Positions 38,048 through 50,729 of a DNA stretch of 64,000 bases are shown in pieces. Each line of letters starts with the position of its first letter. Within the stretch, counting starts at the first letter, position 1. The DNA lies in the NCBI GenBank assembly GCA_040357565.1, contig JBDODJ010000041.1; one strand, 5' to 3'. Under the pieces are notes generated by a model. The model was given only the letters and a program-made list of their open reading frames with translations, had not been told where the DNA came from and searched no databases. The DNA comes from Cercozoa sp. M6MM (Eukaryota; Protista; Endomyxa: Ascetosporea). A program made the position numbers and the translations under genes.

Positions 38048-39727
38048 AGTGCGAGCGCCGAACCCGACTCCAGCGAGAGCAATCAGCGAAGTGGACTGCA
38101 TGACAGTCACGCCACACACGAATGCCATGACTGTCAGCACCACAACAACTGCATAGACCGTGTGCTCACGCTGGTGTTGCCACCTGCCCTACTGACATCG
38201 CAAACTGAATGCACTCAAGGACAACCTTCAATATTCACCGCAAGCCTAATGTACGATGTCAAGTGCTGTGGTGCACAGCCAGAGACACGACAGCACGGCC
38301 AGCAGCGAGCCGTACAGTAGTACTGTTCAGTTGATATTTAGGCATCAGTATTATACTGTAAAGACCTCCAGAGAACACAGACTGTAAATTTTAATTGGCT
38401 TACCTTTGCGAAACACCAACACGCCCGAAGTTTTGGGCGAATTCGACACATGTCTCACCTTTCAAGTTCAGACAACAGGTCAGCATCACTGCGACCGAAG
38501 TGTAGTGTTGGTACTCCGATCAGTGCGGCCGCTTCGAAAATGCAGCCGGCCACGGCGGCGAGTCCAACATGTAGAGAGCTCCAGCGGCGCACTTCTTGCA
38601 GCCTACATGAGCGACCGTATTTGCCAGTTGATACATACCCGAAGGGTTGTTCAGTGAGTTTAGCGACACCAATGAGGAAGCACACTGTACAGCATGTAGC
38701 ACGCCTGCCCAAAAATAGACATACAGAGCTGATGGAAGCAAGGGACACACAAAGGACTGGAAAAAAGCTATCATACCATGTTGAACAGCATGACGGAAGA
38801 TAGAAATAGGATGACATGTCGCGTTGCTCTTCTCGGCGGTTTAACATGCTCTGGCACGACAACGACGATACTGTCGTCGCTGGCGTTGTTTTTGGTAAGA
38901 CTTGTTATCGTTTTCGAACTGCACATTATCAGTAGACTGTACACGCCCAGTATACTGTCTAACTGCACCGGTATCTTATGGTGCACACTGACCTTTCGGA
39001 GCTGTCGGCTTCTTTCTCTTCAAATAGAGGCTTGCGTAGCACAGTTTCTTTGCTGCGTCGTGGAAAGTCCCATTGCACAAACGAAAATTCCCGGTCGTTA
39101 AGGGTACCTTCGCGACAACAAGCAGCCGAGCACAACAAGCAACGACAGAGCCAAGAACGTTGTCCATGCTGTCTACCGAGGCAGAGAAGGCGCGTTCCAC
39201 ATTGATACTATGAAACTTTAAACGCACGAGGTAAATTTATATACCAGCCAGCCGACATACAGAAGTGCACCAAACAAAGGTAACCCAACTGCCGACGAGA
39301 GTGGCCTTTCAGTAACACGTGTTTGCATTGCATCAGGTGCGCTGAGAAAACCCAGTACAACCGTGACCTACGGCATCGGTACCAAGCGTACTCGAGAGAT
39401 GCGATGGTACGCGCCTGTCGACGATGCGACTCGTTTCGTACGCGCCACGTGACTCTACTCAGTAACACGTGCTCGGCATGCACTGTGTACATAGTGCACT
39501 TGGTACGAACTGCGCGCGGCGAGTGCAGAAATTTCGAACGATCCGCCTGTTTAATTCAGAAACTCTCAGCCGTTTTTAAAAGGTACTGCACAGTCGTACC
39601 TGTCCATGCATAGACGAAGGCAGCTGCGATGTAGGTGTCTCCTGGTGCCGACACCAGATAGGCGGGTAACAGTGCATAGGCGAGAGCTGCAATCGACAGT
39701 GACAGCTGTAGTTCCACAAACAAACTG

Positions 39728-39793
<66 letters not shown>

Positions 39794-40530
39794 CAAGCGG
39801 TGCTAAATTTACCGACCCCACTATTAGCACAGGGTCGTGTGGCGTCAGTCCGGCACGTCCTTTGAACTTTGTCAGTCGCGGGTACAACAGCAGCTACGAA
39901 CAAATAAGCATACTATCAGTACAGTGGGGTCGAAGGTGACTGAAGTAACTGCGCTGGAGAGGTGTCAACTGTATCAACCTGGCGTACCGAAAGTAAGGTG
40001 ATCTCTCGAAGCGACAGGATCGACATGTATTGTGCCCTGGTGTGTGCGCGCGGAAGGGAGCAGTATTCAGCGATACAAATGAAAAAGAAAATGTGCAGTA
40101 CAACGACAGTCTCAAAAGGCGACTGATCGTCACCGAAAACATCTAAGTGCATATCCTATAGACACAGACGGCCATCTAGATTATGAAGGTTAGTGATTAC
40201 AAACGAGCCCCTCTGTAGGAGATACATGAGCAGCAAGTTAAACCTGTGCGAAGTACGTCAAACACCGTACATCGACAGACATGTGTGTGGTGAAAAACTG
40301 GCTTTACATGGCCACGAGTCGTTGAGCTTGGGTGAGCATCGTCGCGCTGCCTTCGAAGCTACAGAAAAACACCCTAGAAAAAAAGTGTATGAACCTCATA
40401 TTCACCTCCAGTTAATGCATGCACCTGGGTGCGCAGAAAAGAGCCCTCAGCCGCGAGCAGTGACCGGCCAATGTCGTGCGCACATTACGGTGGCGTGTGC
40501 CTTCGCACAATGAGCCAACCAGAGAAGCAT
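37721..40530 (-). CDS. Multi-pass membrane protein, possibly an MFS-like transporter; 5' end uncertain
   Basis: Many hydrophobic exons: LSLSIAALAYALLPAYL, LCVSLASISSVCLFLG, VMAFVCGVTVMQSTSLIALAGVGFG, AALAFGLGRCVAAASFELLLG. Confidence 0.4.
37935..38044 (+). repeat. (GT)n intronic microsatellite; similar tracts at 39729-39790 as (CA)n, 43068-43132, 62155-62190 and 63956-64000
   Basis: Directly visible. Confidence 0.95.
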
Positions 40531-40638
40531 GAAGAGTGTATTTTTGTGTGGTTTTTTAAGCTTAGTCAACAACACGGGCAAGCGCCGGAAATGAGCGAAG
40601 CCTCACGCATTGTGGGTGGGAATACATCCAAGGCGAAC

Positions 40639-41547
40639 TTAGTTCTTCTTGAAGTAGGCCGGCACGATGGCCGACTCGGTCAGCTTGCCGCGGGCGCGCT
40701 TCGGCTTGACGTGCGTGCCCATGTCGATGAGCTTCTTCTCAGCCTTGAGCTGCAGGTAGTCGTCACGGTCGAGACGCGTGAAGCCCCACTTCTTCGAGAC
40801 GACAATGTACTGACGGCCCGGGAACTTGTAGCGCGAGCGGCGCAGAGCCTCGACGGCGTTGGCCTCGTGGTTGTCCTTGGTGCGCACCGAGATGATCGGC
40901 TGGCCGATGTCGACGCGAGCGCACGTGCCGTCAGCCTTACCCCAGGCGTGACGCATACCTGTCGAGCAGCGCCGGTAAGGGGGACTGATGGAGGACAAGA
41001 TGGAGGGGAGAGAGAGCAAGTACCCGTCTGCAGACGATCGGCACCGGCGCACGAAAGCATCTTGTTGATACGCAGAACGTGGAACGGGTGCAGGCGCATG
41101 CGCATGTGGAAACCCTCACGGCCGGCAGTGCGGACCATGTACTTGTTGACGGCGATACGGCCGGCCTCAAGAGCCTCCGACGAGATCTGCTCCTTCTCGT
41201 TCGACACCAGGTGCACGCAGCACGGGAACATGTCGACCGAAGCGGCCTTCAGACCAGCATCGAAGATGCGAATGCGCGGGTCCGGCACACCACGGTTGTA
41301 GCGCGACTTGGGGAACGGCTTGTTCTTCTGGTAGCGGTAGCACTTGGCGGGACCTGGACACAACAAACGAACATTCCAAGGTAATCAAAAAATCAATCTC
41401 TACACGCAAACGAGCACGCACACAATCACACCAACACACCAACACACAAGCGAGCGCTCACAACAAAAAATCACGCGAAACACGAAAGTTCGTCTAGCGA
41501 GCCCGAGAAAAAGAGCAGAGTAGAGGGGCTAACTTACGGCGACCCAT
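40639..41547 (-). CDS. RPL10: 60S ribosomal protein L10 (uL16), 3 exons
   Basis: MGR|[32 protein letters not shown]...[22 protein letters not shown]|GMRHAWGK...[20 protein letters not shown]. Introns at 41354-41537 and about 40959-41023, both GT-AG. Confidence 0.98.
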
Positions 41548-41999
41548 GGTGACGTTCGACTAAGCAAAAAAGTTTTCGGAGCGAAACTTTAAATGATTTT
41601 GTTTTGGGGCCGTCGCTCCGCACCCGCTGACCAAGGCTTTTTGCCCAGAGTGTATGCCGATTGGTGTTTAACCACTAGCTACTGATCCTGAGCTCTTTAA
41701 AGTGCGTTGTAACGCCCTTTCAGACAGATGTTGCATGATGTCGCTGCTGGCATTGTCGTTCTTGATTGCTTCCGGGCTTAGTCAGTCGATGTGTGCTTCC
41801 TTAAAACCCGATATCCCTGTGCCCGCATCCATCGGTGCCAGCCTTAGGCCTAGTGGTCTCAGAAGCTTGGTTCGAAAGTCGACAGTCGATGGAGCGCTGA
41901 AATTCTTGAGATGATCAGCCTTGATACGCTGGAGAAATTCCGACCTCGCTTGCTGTGTATCTGCATAAGCGTGAACGCGGTTTAATACTCATTGGAATC

Positions 42000-43065
42000 A
42001 TGCGCGCGTTGAGCTTACTGCGCGGCGAGCGCCAGCGCCGCATGTTTTCGTTTCTGTCGTTGCGCCAGGGAGCGCACACGGCCAGTCAAGAGCGACACCG
42101 AAAACAGGAGCAGGAAGAGGAGAAACGCAGGGCATGTTTCCTGCGTTTAAAACAAGGCTGCTTTAAGCTCATTGTGTGCATGTGCAGAAAAAGGTACTGC
42201 GCAAGACAAAGCAGCGAATGCGGCGTCGCAATGCGCGGCCGCAGCAATTCGCAGCAGTTGACCGGTTCATTTGATTTGTGGCACTGGTTGTGCATGCGCG
42301 GTTATACTTCAACATGCCGCAGACTAGCCGAGCAGGAGCAGAAACAGCGCGCGAAAGAAGCCAAGAAAGCGAAGCGTGTCGGTTGGCAGACCAGTGAGGT
42401 ACGGGACGTGAAGAGTACTCTTTTACTTTTTCAAATGATAGTTTCAACAGAGAACGGCTCAAACAGTGCCAGAGCATCTGTTCCGATCATGCCCTGCAAT
42501 CTGTGCTTTGCTGGATCTCCAAGGTATGGTCTTTGCCCAGTGACGTGACATCGTTATGAGTTTGAAAAAACAGAAGGCGAACCAGCGGAAGTGAAACACA
42601 CTGACATTGTATCTGTTCTCATTTGGCTACATTAGCTGTCTGTGATAGTTTACCATGGTTTTCACGTGCTCAGGAACGAGTGGTGTTTGAAGTGCGTCAA
42701 GCCTTGGTTTCTTCGCAAGGGAAGAACCTCGCACTGGCCGAGGTATGCTGTCCTGTGTATGCGCACATGAATAGTTGTATGCTTACGTGCGTAGATCGGC
42801 GCTGTGGCATCGCAACTGGCAACGTTCGCTACAGAGACCGAGACTGTCCTCGGTCTCAAACCCACATCGGCTCTCATTGTAACCTACGTTGTTTGATCCA
42901 AGATCGTTATGCTGCTGTGATGTGACACCACACATAGGACCTGCTGGGCAAGACTGCCTCTGCGACGCCGGCAGCACTACCGGTGGCACTGCGCTACCAT
43001 GACTTTTGGGAGCAGCATCGGTACACACTCATTTGCTGCTGCACTCTGTTACAGACTCATGAAAC

Positions 43066-43115
<50 letters not shown>

Positions 43116-45106
43116 NNNNNNNNNNTGTGTGTGTATGTATATATATATATATGTGTGTGTATGTATGTGTATGTGTGAGTAGACGTGAGTACTGGGTCCC
43201 GGCCGACGGTGCCTTGTGCAAGTCGCTCTCGCAGTGTGTTCGCGCACATGCACAAGGCTTCCGAGTGTATGCTTTTGGTTCGACCCATACCTGTGCCTGT
43301 GTACGGTCAGGTGTGTGTGCAGCATCGAGAACGAACAGCATCAGTTCGTGTCGAGTGCGGTGAAACGTGTCATTGACGTGCATCGCACCTGTATCTCCAG
43401 CCGACTCGTTTTACCCCCCCCCCCCCCTATTGTATGTTCCCTTGGGCAGACTCTGCTGATATCCAGCAGAGCAGCGCTTCGGCACTCATTGCCGCGTGCT
43501 CGCGTTGCGAACCGCCGCTGTACGAGCTGGCTCAGCAGGTAGCTCAGCTGTCCTGGAGAGTGTCTGCGGATTGATCTGTTGGTACCGCTGGCAGATCTAC
43601 GGGACCAAGAAGACGCACCAGACCTCACAACTGACGACAACGATGCTGCACCTGTACTCGAGGTCGGGTCATCCGAAGGAGGCTTTGAAAATGCTGACTC
43701 AAGTGTCGCTCGATACCCCGCAGGTACCGATATCACCTGTGTGTGTGTGTTCTTTCTTGGGTGGTAACTTGTTGTACCGAACACAGGCGTTGCGAACGCC
43801 GCACTTCATCGCTGTTTTTAGAGTCATCCAGACTGTACCATGTTTTGTTGTGTGTGTGTCTGTGTCTGTGTCTGTGTCTGTGTGTATGTGTGTCTGTGTC
43901 TGTGCGTCTGTGCGTGTTCAATCCCTTTTATCTCTTTGTTGGTGTGTGCAGAAACTTGACTCACTCTCGGACGAGGACGCACTGTTTTACACGCGCTGTG
44001 TCATGGTAGGCCACGCTCGGTCTCTTTAAAGGACCGAGAGAAAAGAGGCACCTCGAAAAGTGGCATCCCAAGGTGTGTAATGTGTGCACAGGCACTCCTG
44101 GAAGCCACGCTCGGTAGTGAGGTGCGACAGAAGCACAGTGGCGTGCGCAAACGCGTGCGATCGCTGGCACACGCGCTGCTGAAGCAGCAGGCTAATCGAC
44201 TCGAGCGAGTCGTCTCTGTTGATGAGGTGCTTGCATGTATATAGACCCCTATACATTGTATATGTATTTATATATATATATATATATTATCTGTTGAACA
44301 GAACGATCAGCAGAGCGATAACGGCGTCGCGTTGCGTGAGCTGCGACTGACCGACTGTGCCAACTTGGGTACCCTAGCGCACCTCCCTTTCTTGCTGTGA
44401 GTGCGACGAGGTGTGTGCTCGGCAGACGATGCAGTGGAACGCCTTTTCTTGACGCAGGTGCCGAAACACGTGCGCACCAAGGTGCTTGCTGTCCTTGTGT
44501 CCTGTGCATTCAATTAGAGAATAAGATTTATTCTCTTTCTTTAGGTCAAGCAACAGACCGGCGTGCGCAAGGTGCAAACACGACTCGAGCAGTGGCAGCA
44601 CGCCGAACCTGCGCAGAACCGGTGTGTTCTTTTGTTTTTGAACTTGACTCGACTGATCTGTGGTGTTATGCAGTTCAAGACAACATGCACTGCTCGCTGA
44701 CTTGCGCAAGCACAGCAAAAAGAAGAAGGACAGCAGCAACCGCTATCAGGAAAAAAACACCAATCAGGCTGAAGGCCTCGATCGGACTGAAGACCTCGGT
44801 CAGTCGACTGAGGGCACCGATCGGACCGAGGACACCAATCAGACCGAGGACACCAATCAGACCGAGGACANNNNNNNNNNGACCGAGGACACCAATCAGA
44901 CCGAGGACACCAATCAGACCGAGGACACCAATCAGACCGAGGACGCCAATCAGACCGAGGACACCAATCAGACCGACAACACCAATCAGACCGAGAGCAT
45001 CTGTCAAACTGAAGAAGGCACCGATGCCAGCGTGGATCCTGGTCGGAAAGAGGGCAACACCGACAACGATCCGGTTGCTCACCAAAACGCTGCCTCGCCC
45101 GAGTGA
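42000..45106 (+). CDS. Multi-exon protein with a mitochondrial-presequence-like N-terminus, one PPR-like motif and C-terminal TEDTNQ repeats
   Basis: Arg-rich MRALSLLRGERQRRMFSFLSLR; LTTTMLHLYSRSGHPKEALKMLTQV resembles a pentatricopeptide repeat. Confidence 0.4.
44820..44995 (+). repeat. 18-bp coding minisatellite (GACCGAGGACACCAATCA)n encoding TEDTNQ
   Basis: Directly visible, at least 8 copies with an internal 10-N gap. Confidence 0.92.
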
Positions 45107-46413
45107 TCGGATGGGATGAGATATCTTTTGTTTAGTTAGCCAACGTTTCATTCGCTACCTTACTTAATGCACTTGTTACCGCAGCCCCCTCAGATAGGGA
45201 TCAGGCCTTGGTAAATTGAGGGTACTTTGCCAGTTGAGTGATGCAAAAAAAAAAACGAAGGAACGTAAGAAAGTCTGTTCTTGGAGGGAGAGTGGCCAAG
45301 TGTCAGTTTGAAAGAGTGAGTTCCCCAACGGTACAGTTGAGCGGCAAAGTACTGGTGGACGGGAAAGACACCCGTCAGATGCTTCTATTGACGTGAGTTG
45401 GCGTGAAGGAAGAAGAAGGGCCTCTGGAAAGGCAGGGACCGGTAGAAGCGGAGACAACTGGTCTGGAGGGATCAGATTACCTGGTCGAGAGAGCCTATTT
45501 TTAGTTCAGCTGCAAAAGCTTGCTCAAGGCTTCCCTACTCAAACACAGGTGTTCCATGGACTGAAGCTCTCAGTAGGTCAGGATACCAGTGAACAAACGT
45601 CAACATCTTCCACACCTCTCTTGAGGTTTTTTTGAAAGTCTTAAAGTGGCTTCTGCGCGGGTACAGCAGATCATGCCGCAACACACTGCACGGCATTTCG
45701 TTTTGTTTCGTTTTCAATTGCTACCGTCGCGTACGAGTACACGTCGTCGCGTATACCGTACGGTCAAGACGTTGGTTCAGGAGGTTCAACTTTAGTCAGG
45801 AGACTTGGGGGGGGGGGGCGTTTTTCTGTTTTATCCCAACTGAAGAGGGACAAAACAATAGATGCTCGTCTGTTGTCTGCCTGCACACTCTCCTTGATGA
45901 CGTACGGCTCACTGACACGCAGTTCGGAGTTTTGGTGCCAGTTGCAGTTGCCATTGGGCTGGAGGCAAGTCGAACTGTGTTCAATTAAGCCACTGATCGC
46001 TACCAAGTTGCCGAGATGACACCACTACTGCGAAGCGTCTCTGGAGGCGAGAATTCGAGGCGCACCTTAGAGAACTGTTCGAATCTGCTGCATTGGAGAT
46101 ACTCACCCTTTGAGTGACGATGTGCACTGTCGTGCGTGATTACTTGCTAGATCCTGAACTGCCCAATGAGCTGGCGAGCATGTCATGTTAGCGTGAAACA
46201 TGACTACTGCAGGACATTGAGCTAAACAAGCAGTATGGGCAACAGTGACCGGTGGTTTTTTTCACATACTATGCAGTTAAATTTCGGGCGGCACCGCCAC
46301 GGTACAGTAAACATAAACACACAGTAACCAGCGAACTGAACAGTCAAACCGAATTTGTCTCAACAAACTAGGGACTGCCGCTGCACGCAGCGTCTACGGT
46401 GGAGTAGACACCA

Positions 46414-49400
46414 TTAGTGAAACAACTGCGCATAGTCTCGTTGTCGTTGCAACTTGCGAGCGTAGTTTACGACTGCCGCAGTGTTGCCTATAGCAATGAT
46501 ATGTCACCTGGAAGTGAAAGGGCGGAAACGCGGGTACCCTCAAAGCTGCTGCGACTTTTACTTTCTTCAAGCAGTCGGTTTGTCTACAGAAAAGAGTCTC
46601 TATGACATACGTGGTCCAGAAACAGAAGTACTAGCGCTATCCGGTCGAGAGTCTCTTGCGTCTTAAATCGTCGTTTTCGCAAAATGAGCCAGATCTGGAG
46701 AGAAGCAAGTCGGTAGATTGATAGGTAGACAGATAGACGAGATAGGGAGACATATAGACGAGGTAGGCGAAAAGTGGAGCGTACCACAAGCCCAAAGAAG
46801 ACAGCGAGAGCGACGCCAACTAGCGTCATCTCAACACTGCTGTTCTTGGCGATGGTAGACATGTTTGTAAGGCCAAGCGAGCTGTCGGCATGCACAGCTG
46901 CGATGCCCGGTTCCAGGTCGCTCAGTTCGTCGCTACGCCAGATCGGGTCGTTGCCGTTGCGCAGCAGGTCGAGCAGCTGCTTCAGTTTCTCGTCGAAATC
47001 GTCCTGCTGCAGCAGCAACAGACGTTCGAAGCCGTCGTCGTCTTCGCGGGGCAGACCGTCCAGCTCGCTCGGTGTTTGCGACAGTCGCAGGGCAGGTGCG
47101 TCACCGCGCCACAGAGGAACGACGTCGAGTGTGGTGCCTCCGAAAGCAGTGTGAGTTGCCACTTGGAGTATCGAACCGATAATCGAGGCGGCACTGACGA
47201 GACTGAGGAGGTTTGGTGTGCCTCTCCAGATCGGTTCAATCACAACTGCAAAGCGGTCGCACAACACTCCTCTACACAACACGTTTCTGAAACTGATCAC
47301 ATGGTCAGTTGGTACACTCAACTGAAACGTACCGATGCAAGTCAGGCTGTGTGCACACGCAGTGCGTGCAGTCTTCGGAAGGAGTGCCATTGACACAAGA
47401 CAGCGCACACTGATTGCATCGCTCGCCAGTCCACGCAGAGTCACACTGACACTGTCCCTGTGCGCAATCGCCCTCCCATGTGCCATGCACACAGCGATCG
47501 GTGTTGCTGCACTCCGTCGGCGTGGCACAAAAAGGACCGTGTCGCGAGGCACCGCATTGGCAGGTTCGTTGCAGAGGCAGACACTTGCCGCCGCTGGCAC
47601 TGCGACAGCGAGTCGATTCGGAGCAGTGCGACCACTGACATGGTCCGTTGCGAACGTCGGCGTACATTGTGTCGGGACACTCGCAGGCGAGTGTGTCAAT
47701 GTTCAGACTGCCTGCACCCAGGACATTGCACCCGTCGGCCAGTGGAGCACTCACCCACGTCGTAGCATCCGAGGCTGTCACTTCGAGTCTGTAGTTACGT
47801 CCAGGAGGAAAGGAGAGCGGCGGCGTCACTGCAAAGGTCAGCATCGAGTCGGCCGCTTGTACAAGTATGGCACCCGACAGAGAGAAGGAGGACAGCACTG
47901 CGCCTGCCAGTGAGACCGTCAGAGTCATTGAGTCGCCAAAATCGCTGATTTCTTGTTGCACATCCTGCTGCTGTTGCTTCTGTGCCTGCGAATCGGCCAG
48001 TTCCACTTGCAGTTTGCGTTTCGTCTGGAAGGCCAGGGGACTGATGTTCTGCAACGCGAGTGACACTGTCTTGCCTGTACGCATGGCACCGTCCGACAAA
48101 GCGAACAACTGCAGTGCATACACCGCACTGCCGGCACACGTGGAAGCACAGAGTATGGGCGATTGGGAACTGCCTTGGCACGCCGAGTCGGGCTGTGTTT
48201 CTCCGTGCATATTGACACACTCACGTGTCGCGATACCCACATGCGCCTGCACCGTAGTCGACCCCCGACACAGAGTATGCTGCGACGGACACTGGACAGA
48301 TACCGTGCTCCACACCGTACCGGTATCGAACGTGAGTGCATCTGTACAGGAGCACGCACGTGTACTCTGGGGTGCCGGAACCGAACATTGACCCGTCAGA
48401 CACGTGACGACACGCGACTGCTGACATTGCGAGAGTGACGTCACAAGACAACTGCCCCACTGACCAATGGTCCAGCCTGTGCTGGGAGGAGGAGTCGCCG
48501 GACCAGGTCCAGGTGTGTTCGAAGGTGTCGGTGACGGTGTCGGAGTACCTCCGGCCAACTGATCGGCGATCAAGTCGTTCACCGTGCTTGTGAGTGTGCA
48601 CGTGTTCTGGTAGCACACCGAGTCGGTGCCACATGCCACACCGTCCACTTGCATCGCATACACTGTTCGCGTGTCATCCAGTGGAAAGCGCACACAGGCA
48701 CCGAGTAACGAGGACAGACACGTGAGTCGCTGACACACTGGCTCGGTGTTCGCACTCGATGTGCACTGCGAAAACGGACCGCCTTCGAACAGAATGTCCA
48801 TCGAGCGACATGCTTCGTTCACCGATACGCAAGTTCCCTATGAGTGGTGTACCAATCTGTCGGTGATAGACAGAAGAGTCAAAGCACTAAATTGTACCAA
48901 GTGACAAGTGCCATCTCCGTTGCGCGAATCAGTGCAGTCACCTCCAGTCAGTGCAAAGGTGTCGTCTGGGCACTCGGCGTTATTGCCGTCGCACACCTCT
49001 TCAATATCGCAAGAATTCTACATTAGTATCGGTTTTTGCTGATAACAGGCAAGGCACCGATGATGATACTACCTCTGCTTGACGACACACAGTCCCGGCC
49101 GGTCGAAGTTGACAAGTGGTGCCGTCACAGCAACCATCGCTGGCTGAGCAAACTGCCCCTCCCTGTGAGGGCACATATGCTCTCGTAAATCTAGTAAATA
49201 ACACCGACTGAGTATATTTTACCTTGAACTGACAAGTACTGCCATCGCAACAAGGGTCACCTAATCCATCGCAGTCGATACCTCCACAGTCACACTGCTC
49301 ACCTGTCTGAACTACGCCGTCGCCACAAACTGCCATATTCTCCTCCCATAGGTTGTCGTCGCGCGAGTTGCCGTCCTGCGAGTTGGCTTGCAGGCACTGT

Positions 49401-50524
49401 ATCTGCGACTGGATCGAAGCAAAGGAATTGAAGGCGTCGATAGAACACGTGCTCCACTGAGTGGGCGCTCCCAGTGCAAGCACCGTCGCTGACATAATGC
49501 TTGGTTCGGAACCAATCATATCTGTGCAGGTGTTGCCATCGCCCTCATGCCGCATACCCAACAGGTGTCCCACTTCGTGTGCGATGGTGGCACCCACTGA
49601 CGCTTCGGGTCGCTCGGGGGTCGCCTGCACGACGGCACCGTTCCATGAAGTGTCGCACACACGTCCCAGAGCTGCCATGCCAACGGCATCGCCCTCAAAA
49701 TTCCTGCCACTGAGAAGCACACGCACATCGTAGCTTCCGCTCCGAGGATCGTTGGCACCCCACGAGTTGAACAACGACAGAATCGTCGTGGGATCAGTCG
49801 ACTCATCAAACGGCAAGCTTGAAGCCATTGTGAGTTGGCCTGCCAGTCGCAGTTCCACAGAGTGCGAGAATCGCTGCTCGTTTTGATACAACTGCGCCGC
49901 CACGGCTACTTCACGGGCCGTCGCACGCACTGTTTCATCGTCGAGTTGCTCGTACCGAGTCATATCGTTTACGACGAAGAGCGTCAAGTGAAGCGGTTCG
50001 CTGCTTTGCTGTAACTGCAGGCTATTCTCACTGTCAGCAAAGAAAAGATGCGCGTCCACTTCGTCGAGGTGCTCATGTGCGCAGTGCAGAGGTTTTGCTT
50101 TTCGTTGGTGCAGCCTGTGTACGCTCGAGCTTTCGTGAGGTGCGATGTCGTACACACCGTCAGGCAGCCACACGATGCCTGTCACTCGCTGTTGTTCGTT
50201 TTCGCAATCGTGCACGTGCACTGCGACAGTGGCTTCTCCATTGCTTCCGCTGAAAAGACACTCATGAGCGTCGGTGCTGACAACTTCATCGTCGAGCCAC
50301 TCACGGTAGCCGTCAGCGAAGAGGGAGGTCTGTCGCTGAAGCGGCACGGAACGTTCATGAATGTTCGCGTCAAGATGCAAGTGCCACTCGTCATGACTTG
50401 CACAGTGCAAGCGAACAGCATGTAAGTGCCGACTCTGCGCATCTGACGTATCACGATCTCTGCTTTGATCAAGCGCCTCAGCGCTTCGAAGAAGCAGCAA
50501 TGCACAGAACACGATCTGCCTCAT
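46414..50524 (-). CDS. ADAM-type (M12B reprolysin) membrane metalloprotease with disintegrin, Cys-rich, TSP1-like and EGF-like modules
   Basis: Signal peptide MRQIVFCALLLLRSAEA; prodomain; zinc motif HEVGHLLGMRH and Met-turn SIMSA; disintegrin CGDGVVQTGEQCDCG...CRQAE|NSCDIEEVCDGNNAECPDD; TSP1-like WTIGQWGSC..QSRVVTC; EGF-like CQCDSAWTGERC; TM LVGVALAVFFGLV|IWLILRKRR; 7 predicted introns. Confidence 0.9.
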
Positions 50525-50729
50525 CCTAAACACACACTAAACTTTTGGTAGCCTTCTCTCTCTTTCTCTCAAGGTCTCGGAAGCTGCGCATTTCTGTGGC
50601 GTTTCTGGTTTTCGCCTAACTGAGCGTTTTCTCTCGGACCGGTTTGTTTTCAGTTGCAGGGAAAATACAATAACTTGCACGAAAAACGAGGCACTAGAAT
50701 TCTAGATAGTCGCCGCGAGCAACACAATC

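Noticed and set aside
44675-45151. Minus-strand hydrophobic (LIGVLG)n ORF, and the many CVCVCV/THTHTH/PPVYPP/TYLP ORFs in the track
   Set aside because: These are shadow translations of tandem repeats and microsatellites.
45130-46200. Possible minus-strand gene between the PPR-like and ADAM genes; likewise 63316-63952
   Set aside because: Exon-like pieces exist, but no coherent model or homology could be supported by eye.
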